Assembly (NCBI RefSeq): GCF_902652985.1
Contig: NC_047029.1
Coordinates: 13,082,001-13,146,000 of the forward strand
Direction: 5' to 3'
DNA length: 64,000 nucleotides
Source of the DNA: Pecten maximus
Lineage: Eukaryota
A model generated the notes under the pieces. The model worked only from the letters and a program-made list of their open reading frames with translations. It had not been told where the DNA came from and did not search any database. This document shows positions 50,840 to 59,661 of this stretch, one piece after another (within the stretch, counting starts at the first letter, position 1; each line of letters starts with the position of its first letter). The translations under genes were made by a program, and so were the position numbers.

Positions 50840-52975
50840 CATTGTGTTTAAGTCTTCCTGTGCCGAAACTTTCGTCTCTTGTATTATTTTGTGTTTAAGT
50901 TTTCCTGCCCCGAGACTCTCGCGTCTCTTGTATTATTTTGTATATAAGATTCTCGTCCAGAGACTCTCGTCTCTTGTATTATTTTGTATATAAGTTTCCC
51001 GTCCAGAGACTTTCGTCTCTTGTATTATTTAGTATATAAGTTTCCCCGTCCCGAGCCTCTCGTCTCTTGTACTGTTTTGTATATAAGTTTCCCCGCCCCG
51101 AGACTCTCATCTCTTGTATTATTTTGTGTATAAGTTTCCCCGTCCCGAGACTCTCATCTCTTGTATTATTTTGTATATAAGTTTCCCCGTCCCGAGCCTC
51201 TCGTCTCTTGTATTTTTTTGTGTTTAAGTTTCCCCGTCCCGAGCCTCTCGTCTCTTGTATCCTTTTGTGTATCAGTTTCCCCGTCCCGAGCCTCTCGTCT
51301 CTTGTATCCTTTTGTGTATTAGTTTCTCCGTCCCGCGCCTCTCGTCTCTTGTATGGTTTTGTGTATAATTAAGGTTTCCCCGTCCCGAGCCTCTTGTCTC
51401 TTGTATCATTTTGTGTATAAGTTTCCCCGTCCCGAGACTCTCGTCTCTTGTATTATTTTGTATATAAGTTTCCCGTCCAGAGACTTTCGTCTCTTGTATT
51501 ATTTTGTATATAAGTTTCCCCGCCTCGAGCCTCTCGTCTCTTGTATTGTTTTGTGTTTAAGTTTCCCCGTCCCGAGCCTCTCGTCTCTTGTACTGTTTTG
51601 TATATAAGTTTCCCCGTCCCGAGACTCTCGTCTCTTGTATTATTTTGTGTATAAGTTTCCCCGTCCCGAGCCTCTCGACTCTTGTATCCTTTTGTGTATA
51701 AGTTTCCCCGTCCCCAGCCTCCCGTCTCTTATATTGTTTTGTGTATAAGTTTCCCCGTCCCGCGCCTCTCGTCTCTTGTATTGTTTTGTGTATAATTAAG
51801 GTTTCCCAGTCCCGAGCCTCTCGTCTCTTGTATCATTTTGTGTATAAGTTACCCCGTCCCGAGACTCTCGTCTCTTGTATCATTTTGTGTATAAGTTTCC
51901 CTGTTCCGAGACTCTCGTCTGTGTATAAGTTTTCCTGTGCCGAGCCTCTCGTCTCTTGAATTATATTTGATGTTGAAGTTTTCGAACCTGTCCCGAGCCT
52001 TTTGTCTCATGTATTATTTTGTGTTAAAGTTTTCCTGTCCCGAGCCTCTCGTCTCTTGTATCGTTTTGTGTTTAAGTTTCCCCGTCCCGAGTCTCTCGTC
52101 TCTTGTACTGTTTTGTATATAAGTTTTCCCGTCCCGAGCATCTCGTCTCTTGTATCATTTTGTGTATAAGTTTCCCCGTTTCGAGCCTCTCGTCTCTTGT
52201 ATTGTTTTGTGTATAATTAAGGTTTCCCCGTCCCGAGCCTATCGTCTCTTGTATCATTTTGTGTATAAGTTTCCCCGTCCCGAGCCTCTCGTCTCTAAAA
52301 TTATTATGTGTATATGTTTCCCCGTCCCGAGCCTCTCGTCTCTTGCATCCTTTTGTGTTTAAGTTTCCCCGTCCCGAGCCTCTCGTCTCTTGTACTGTTT
52401 TGTATATAAGTTTCCCCGTCCCGAGACTCTCGTCTCTTGTATTATTTTGTATATAAATTTCTCCGTCCCCAGCCTCTCGTCTCTTGTATTATTTTGTGTA
52501 TAAGTTTTCCCGTCCCGAGCATCTCGTCTCTTGTATCATTTTGTGTATAAGTTTCCCCGTCCCGAGCCTCTCGTCTCTTGTATTGTTTTGTGTATAATTA
52601 AGGTTTCCCCGTCCCGAGCCTATCGTCTCTTGTATCATTTTGTGTATAAGTTTCCCCGTCCCGAGCCTCTCGTCTCTAAAATTATTGTGTATAAGTTTCC
52701 CCGTCCCGAGCCTCTCGTCTCTTGTATCCTTTTGTGTATAAGTTTCCCCGTCCCGAGCCTTTCGTCTCTTGTATTATTTTGTGTTGAAGTTTTCTTGTGC
52801 CGAGCCTCTCGTCTCTTGAATTATATTTTATGTTGAAGTTTTCGAACCTGTCCCGAACCTCTCGTCTCATGTATTATTTTGTGTTGAAGTTTCCCCGTCC
52901 CGAGCCTCTCGACTCGTGTTATTATTTTGTGTTTAAGTTTCTTGTCTCGAGCCTCTCGTCTCTTGTATTATTTTA
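50840..52975. repeat. 47-bp tandem satellite, about 45 copies
   Basis: Unit TATAAGTTTCCCCGTCCCGAGCCTCTCGTCTCTTGTATTATTTTGTG. AAGTTT recurs at 51085, 51132 and 51179. Confidence 0.95.
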
Positions 52976-53244
52976 CTAACTTTATCCTCCTTACATTCAG
53001 TTCCCATTGTCTCTTCTAATTTTAGAATCCCGTTCACATATTCTTTCGTAATATCTTGACATCCTTCTTCAATTTTGATATTGGTAACGACATTTTTTGG
53101 GGCGATTTCTTTGCATGCAACGTAGAACCACATAAAGTTTGACGTGCAACGGTGAGTGCGACATCGTTCACACTTCAACATCCTGACGTCCGGTTCAAAG
53201 AATTCTTTGTTGCAGTCCACAAGTTGCCAACTATAAATCCTCAT
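52976..53244 (-). mobile_element. Relic of a PHD-type LINE ORF1
   Basis: MLKCERCRTHRC...MWFYVACKE followed by coiled-coil-like KIEEGCQDITKEYVNGILKLEE. Confidence 0.5.
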
Positions 53245-53911
53245 ATGTTAATTAATTCCAATGGGATTGGCTGATCATTTTCGCACATTGGGGTTATTTT
53301 GTTAAACGTGTATATCTAAATGGCAATTAACAAATCAAAAACTATAGAAGGCTGACGTTCTACCAATAGGAATTGATAATAACCAATATTCGCTGGTAAT
53401 TCGCTGGTAGAAGGGCCTCGAAAGTAAGTTTTCCATCTTGTATAGAGGCATCAATTGTTTTTTCTAAATATCATGTTGGTGTTGATTGGGAACTTTTTCC
53501 CCCCTACACCGACTTTGAGTCCCGGTTGCGCGCGCACGGTTTACTAAATGTTATTTACATTTAAAAGATCAATAATTTGACATTATTAATAGGTACATTA
53601 TGTATATATACATAGAGGGTGTATCATAGTGTAAGTGATATACCTACACATTAGCGTTTGTTGACTTGTGAATGTCATTTTGATAGTCGATTTCTGATTA
53701 TTTGTCTAGTGGCGGAGCAATCCCCACACAACTTGGACAAGGAATCAATAATTAGTTTATTTACACAACAATTTTGTTTAAAAACACTGTACTTGTGCTT
53801 GTACTATAGGCGGCACTTGGCTACTAGATCTATAGAATGTTCTTAGGGTAACCAAGATGCCCAGTACAGACAGCCATAAATGGGATACTGGGATTACACT
53901 ACTGTTTCCAT

Positions 53912-56800
53912 TTAGGAGAACTTATCATTGCTATTCTTCCAATGACTATTTAGCTTGGTCTTGAAGCTATTGACAGATCTTGCGGTCACCACATCATCTG
54001 GTAGTCCGTTCCAAAGGTTGACAACACGGTTTGAAAATGTGTTTTTGCTTGTATTAAGGCGGAACTGCTTTTTGAACAGTTTGTTGACATTACCTCTGGT
54101 AGCTGTGTAATTGCGTTGACAAAACATTCTGCTTGAATCTATGTGATCAATATTATTTATAATTGTATAGAGTTGAATCAGGTCAGAACGTTTGCGCCTG
54201 TACTCCAGCGTAGGTAGTCCTAATGTCCTCAGACGACGCTCATAAGGTAGATCCTTAAGGGTCGGTACCCGTTTTGTAGCCCTTCTTTGAACATTTTCTA
54301 GCGTATTTTTATCCTTTTGGAGGAATGGAGACCAAACAGATGTCGCATACTCCAGGTGGGGTCTCACCAATGTTTTATATAGTGTGGTAAATATTGCTGG
54401 GTCCATGTGAGTAAAGGTCCTGAAAATTACTCCCATTATCTGGTTAGCCTTTGCTGCTGATGAGTTGGAATGTCCTGAAAAGCTTAGTTTATCGTCTATT
54501 TTTACTCCAAGGTCTGTTTCGTATTGGACTTTTTGGATATGGACTTCCTCATTGGTGTTTTTAATTCTATATATTGATGTTTTTGGATTGTTGCCTATTT
54601 CCATATGTTTACACTTATCAAAATTAAGTTTCATCATCCAGTTGTCTGTCCAATGCACAATTTTGTCTATGTTGTTTTGGAGTTCCTGTCTTTTTTCTTG
54701 GGTGTTGTTTTTCAGGTAGAGCTTGGTATCATCTGCAAATAGTTTTACTAGGCAGGTTAAAATTTCTGGTATGTCATTTACATAAATGAGGAAGAGAATG
54801 GGTCCAAGGACACTTCCCTGGGGGACCCCACTTGTTACTGGTAGACTATTTGAGCAGTGTCCGTGTATTATGACTCTCTGTTCCATTCCTGTTAGGAAGT
54901 CCCTAATCCAATTGAGGGTATTTCCTTTGATACCATATCTCTCAATCTTGTATAACAGGAGGCTGTGGGATACCTTGTCAAAAGCTTTGCTGAAGTCTAA
55001 ATATATTACGTCGGTATTACATCCCTCATCCATAGCCGGGATCCAATCTTCAATGGATTCAAGGAGTTGGGTAGCACATGAGCGGCCCATACGAAAACCG
55101 TGCTGTTCTTTGGAGAAGAGGTTATTTTCATCCATGTGTTTGACTATCTCGTCCCTGACTATTCGCTGGAGGATCTTACAAGGAACGGAAGTTAGACTTA
55201 TAGGTCTGTAGTTGGAAGGATCCTTCCTTGAGCCTTTTTTAAATATTGGGCAAACATTTGCTTTTTTCCAATCATTCGGGAGTTTCCCTTCTTGGATTGA
55301 CTTATTGAAGATGGGGGTAAGGAAGTGTTTAGTTTCTTGGGCAGTCTTCACCATCAGCATCGGATGTATATTGTCAGGTCCCGGTGATTTGTTGGGATTT
55401 ACTTTTGAGATGGCCTTGAGAACATTTTCTTCTGTTATTGTTATGTCTTCTAATGGTCTGTTGTATGTCCTCTCAGTAAGGGTTGGAGTGGCATTCATAG
55501 GGGCATTGGTGACAAATACACTGGCAAAATAATTGTTCATTGTATTAGCTATTTCCTCTGGTGTTGTTGTTAGGTCTCCAGTAGGCTTTTCGATGTTGGC
55601 GATAGTGGAGGCCGTTTTTGTTTTTGAACGGACATACTTCCAGAATAACTTCGGGTTTGTTTTGATCTTTTCAGCCAAGTCCTTTTCATAGTTGTATTTT
55701 GATCTTCTGATAGATTCTGTGGCCCGCTTTCTTGCTATCTTGAAGTTATTATAATTATGTGCTGTCTTACAGTGGAGATATTTTGTCCACATCTGATTTT
55801 TCCTCCTTATCTTTTCTTTCGATCCCCTGTTTATGTATGGCTTTTTATACTTTCTCTGATGGTCTTTGTATGTCGGAACATTTTCTCGTATTTCTTGGGC
55901 AAGGTAATTATCGAAGATCTCCCATGCTTCTGCAATATTGGGCGAGTTCTCAATTTCGGCAATATCAATGTTCTTTAGGTTGTTGGAGATAGCTATATAA
56001 TCACCTTTGAAGAAATTACGTCTAGGAGAGTTTGTATCATTTTGGATTGTTTCTGTGTAGGCGATAAAGTCGAAAGATAATACAACATGGTCGCTGAGTC
56101 CAAGACTAGGGTTAAAGATTAAATTTTCAATCATTCTCTCCTCATTGGTTATGATGAGGTCCAGTACATTGCTATTCTGTCCTTCTCTGTGGCGTGTTGG
56201 TTGTAGTACATGTTGGGAGAAGTAGCAGTCTTTGATCTTCGATAGGAATTTATGTGCAGGGTGTATATGTCCAACATTAGTCGTTCCTGTTTTCCAGTCA
56301 ATTTCTTTGTAATTTAAGTCTCCGACAATGAGAACATGTGAAAAGTTGGATTGTTCTATCTTCTCCAACATCTCTACTATCCTATTGTTATCAGGCTCGG
56401 AATTGTGTGGGCTCCTATAGATATTACATGTTAGTAGTTGGTCACGGTTTTTGAGACTTATTTTGCAGGCTACTTGGTCCGCAAGAGGATCAATTTCGAC
56501 ATACTCAGCATTGATTTCAGTTTTTGTAAATATAATTGTCCCTCTCCTCATATTTTTTGCCCTAATTAGATGGTAATTGTCCAGTTGATATATTCGGTCG
56601 TCGTACTGGTAGGAAGGTATCTTTGGTAGGACTTCTGTTAGACATATGACATCAGGGTTGTTTCTGTCTATGAATTCTTCTAGTTCAACTTTCTTTGTAG
56701 GTGTTAATACATCACAGTTTGTATAGGCAACTGATATTTTGTTATTACTCCCAACTTCATCACTTTTGGCTGTTGAATTAAAAATGGTAAAACTAGAGTC
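53912..56800 (-). CDS. LINE ORF2: apurinic endonuclease + reverse transcriptase, uninterrupted (first AUG at 56551)
   Basis: Open from 56800: YTNCD...DVICLTE, IYRSP, VGDLN, LDLIIT, SDH (APE); YRPISLTS, QHGF, YLDFSKAFDKV, GVPQGSVLGPILF, LFADD (RT); CR1-like C-terminus FSNRVVNLWNGLP...SFKTKL. Confidence 0.95.
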   Translation of the reverse strand, partial: DSSFTIFNSTAKSDEVGSNNKISVAYTNCDVLTPTKKVELEEFIDRNNPDVICLTEVLPKIPSYQYDDRIYQLDNYHLIRAKNMRRGTIIFTKTEINAEYVEIDPLADQVACKISLKNRDQLLTCNIYRSPHNSEPDNNRIVEMLEKIEQSNFSHVLIVGDLNYKEIDWKTGTTNVGHIHPAHKFLSKIKDCYFSQHVLQPTRHREGQNSNVLDLIITNEERMIENLIFNPSLGLSDHVVLSFDFIAYTETIQNDTNSPRRNFFKGDYIAISNNLKNIDIAEIENSPNIAEAWEIFDNYLAQEIRENVPTYKDHQRKYKKPYINRGSKEKIRRKNQMWTKYLHCKTAHNYNNFKIARKRATESIRRSKYNYEKDLAEKIKTNPKLFWKYVRSKTKTASTIANIEKPTGDLTTTPEEIANTMNNYFASVFVTNAPMNATPTLTERTYNRPLEDITITEENVLKAISKVNPNKSPGPDNIHPMLMVKTAQETKHFLTPIFNKSIQEGKLPNDWKKANVCPIFKKGSRKDPSNYRPISLTSVPCKILQRIVRDEIVKHMDENNLFSKEQHGFRMGRSCATQLLESIEDWIPAMDEGCNTDVIYLDFSKAFDKVSHSLLLYKIERYGIKGNTLNWIRDFLTGMEQRVIIHGHCSNSLPVTSGVPQGSVLGPILFLIYVNDIPEILTCLVKLFADDTKLYLKNNTQEKRQELQNNIDKIVHWTDNWMMKLNFDKCKHMEIGNNPKTSIYRIKNTNEEVHIQKVQYETDLGVKIDDKLSFSGHSNSSAAKANQIMGVIFRTFTHMDPAIFTTLYKTLVRPHLEYATSVWSPFLQKDKNTLENVQRRATKRVPTLKDLPYERRLRTLGLPTLEYRRKRSDLIQLYTIINNIDHIDSSRMFCQRNYTATRGNVNKLFKKQFRLNTSKNTFSNRVVNLWNGLPDDVVTARSVNSFKTKLNSHWKNSNDKFS

Positions 56801-56803
56801 CTA

Positions 56804-57997
56804 TCAAGGTGAATTATTTTCAACGAGCGTCCCGTTACATTGGTCATCGTCGGAGTCGATGGCGTAGGCCATGGTATCTTCATTGCTCTGGTCTAGCAGT
56901 GTATGGGAAGAGTGAAGCGTAGTGTTGTTATACACGTCTGCTTTGACCGTCATTATTCGGGGCGATTGGCTCTTAATAGGACTTATAAAATTTGTCGGAT
57001 ATGTTGTCATTTGTTTGCTGTGGTATTTATCCTTAGTGCCTTGTCCTGCGGGTGTAGCATTTGATGGCTTGACAGGGGGACCTGTGGCGGGGCGATCCCC
57101 AAACAGCAGGTCGCTCCTACGGGCTACAGGTTGGGGTGCTCTCCTGGCTTTGGTTATTAGTCGCATTGGAGGTTCTTCTGGTTTTTCTTGGCGAGTGATA
57201 GTCTGTCTCTCCTTTGTTTTGGCTACATATTTAGTCTTCCTCTCCTCTCTCTGTAGTTTTGTAAGATCTTTTGTCAAAATTACTTTCTAGAGTCGGTCAG
57301 GCACCTTCTCCTTAATGTATCGAGCATTCTCCAAGAGCTGCTTACGATCTTGTTTGTTCTTCAGTACGAACACTAGGGGTCTAATGGAGACTTTGTTATA
57401 TCTCCCAATCCTATAACTTGCCGCAGTTTCAGGGATGCTGTCACATAAGGCCTTACAGAGGTCAGAGAATGCACTCGTATCATTCGCCTTTATTTCTTTA
57501 CTGCCTGGTGTACTGCTCTCCGGAACGTGGAATAGTATGATATTTAGTTCTTTCAATTTCCGGTCTTGTAGCTCCTTGGTTCGTTCATCTACAAGGTCAA
57601 AGATGTTGCTTTTAAGGTCTTGGACAATCTCCTCCTTTGTATGCTTCATTTTGTTCTTGATAGTGTCCTTAGCAGATGTTTCTACTTGTTGTAGTCTCCG
57701 TTCAATATCGTCCAGCCTTTCCTCATTTTTTTCGCACAAGCTCTTGAGGGAGTTATTTATATGGTCCAGCGTAGGTTTGGTCCTTATGCAGACATGGCAC
57801 GTCCAAGTCATATTCTCTAGCTCTCCCTTGGTTATACATTGGTAGGCTGCATCAGATATCTTAGTGCACTTTTGACAGAAGTATAGCCCACAATTGTCAC
57901 ACATAATATGACGCGTGTCAGCTCCTAACTAATTTTGGCATCTACCACACATATGGAGAGAGTCTTCCGGTTTATAACGTTTACGGTGATCTTCCAT
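56804..57997 (-). pseudogene. LINE ORF1 with N-terminal PHD finger and coiled coil; two in-frame TAG stops (57931-57929, 57289-57287)
   Basis: A single frame reads MEDHRKR...CGRCQN*...CDNCGLYFCQKC...WTCHVC, RKLKELNIILFHVPES, YRIGR...IRPL, RL*KVILTKDLTKLQREERK. Confidence 0.85.
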
Positions 57998-58272
57998 GTT
58001 ATGGATTCAGTTGGTATATAAACGTATTTATATATATATTAAACGACGTATAAGTCTAGACAGTGGCAGGGCAATCCCCAAACATCTATCGACTACTAAT
58101 CACTGTCCTTCTTTGTCCATCTTTTAACTCTAGACGCAGGGTATTGATTTTACAATGTAGTACTTGTGTAGCCTTGATAGTGGCGGAGCAATCCCCACAC
58201 AACTATCAGTGCTGACATAAATAGTTAATGTTTTATAATGTACACTAATCGATTTGGACAGTATTTCCTCTG

Positions 58273-58989
58273 TTATGAGTCCGCTGAGAGATATTCTGTT
58301 ATTCTCCTCATCCAGTATTTTGCCAGAAGGTTTGTTGGGTGAACACCATCAGTTAGAAGCGAAAATGATATTTTTCTGTAGTGTATGCTTTGTTGCTCTT
58401 CCTAGATTTCACCATATCGAGTGATAGCTTTGGTGAGAAGGAGTTCATTTCCTTGTTTATTGTATGTATACCTCGGTTAAGGACTTCGACATTCTCTCTT
58501 AATATCTTGTCAGCTTCAGCAAAAATACCAGGATTTGGATGTCCTTTGTTAGCGTTCCAAATTCGGATACTGTAATACGGGCACTCAAGTACTGTTATAG
58601 TAAAATTTAGAGTCCTTGTAGCGACGAGCGAGGGATACAAGCCTTCCGAATTGCTCTATGACATCTCCCACAGCACCGTCATTAAGACTGATGAATTTGT
58701 CAGATTTTTTGGTAAGGTCGCATGTCCCCGTCCACACTAAGATTGTGAGGGTGGTGTATAAGCGTATCAGCGACTCGGCGTTTTCTGTTAGGTAGTTGAT
58801 GGTGGTCCTGGTATTCCTACCGGGTCTACAGTTCCACACAAACCCTTTCTCTACTGGTCCTTCAGCAACATTCCGTAGACGAAGACCTTTACTGTCAGAA
58901 AGAAACAGCACTTGTCTGCGGGATTCACCACTATGGGCCGGGGAGGGCCGAGCTTTATCCAAATATTTTTGAAGCTTCGCAGCACTCAT
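58273..58989 (-). pseudogene. SGNH/GDSL esterase-like ORF upstream of ORF1, two frameshifts (~58605, ~58358)
   Basis: Block I FLSDSKG, block II PG, block III WTGTCD and block V TDGVHP (recovered in the third frame, ending ...KYWMRRITEYLSADS*). Confidence 0.8.
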
Positions 58990-59661
58990 GAATAATAATG
59001 ATATATGTCAAGATGTTGTTCATATATTTACATTGTGTAGCAGACCATTGTGTGAATAAAGAGAGTTATAAAGTATTATAAAAGGTTTCTACTTACAGTA
59101 ATCTTGCCCTCAACAATATAAATTACTCCATATGCTATAAAAATCAGTTTTTAAAATCTTATATGGATCCGGAGTGTTTTGGATTATATGTATGTGATCT
59201 TATTAAGTGAACAGCAAACGCCTGTGCATAATCAAACTAAAAAAAAGTGAATACTATTCTTAAGGATTTCATTTACAATCAGGACTCTTAAAAAGTGTAT
59301 TTCACTTTGAAAAGTAAATAACTATTGCAAAAATATGCTCTATTATCCTATTATATTTCCAGAATCGCCAAAAAAATATTTACGTGCAATTTGACCTTAA
59401 TTGTGAGAACCATATCTTATTTTTCGTTTGCCCATGTGTTTTTCTCTCCTATTTATGAGGAAAATATCCCTTCTGATATATTTTACACTTGTATTATTGG
59501 TGTAGTGTTCCCTACACTCATTTTGTGAACAGGTGGATTATGCCCCCTGGAACTACAGGTTACCCAGCATGCACTTCCAGCGTACATTGCCGCCATTCCT
59601 GCTTGTTAGTTGCACGTTGTTGTGGTAATTGTACTGATTTTAGCCATACAAAACATCGACT

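Larger units (their letters stand above)
53700..59100 (-). mobile_element. CR1-clade-like non-LTR retrotransposon with three ORFs (esterase, PHD ORF1, APE-RT ORF2); ends not resolved
   Basis: Co-oriented ORFs listed below and a shared repeated stem-loop motif. No clear TSD or simple-repeat tail found. Confidence 0.8.

Noticed and set aside
50840-52975. CRISPR-like regular array and the many ORFs called within it
   Set aside because: Units are contiguous with no unique spacers, there are no cas genes and the context is eukaryotic. The ORFs are translations of the repeat.
53707-58204. Identical 27-mers as a target-site duplication around ORF1-ORF2
   Set aside because: A third diverged copy lies inside, and each copy pairs with its own flanks while the reconstructed empty site would not. 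Disfavoured, though not formally excluded.
54465-58575. Plus-strand ORFs overlapping the LINE
   Set aside because: Antisense shadows of real ORFs with no domain motifs.
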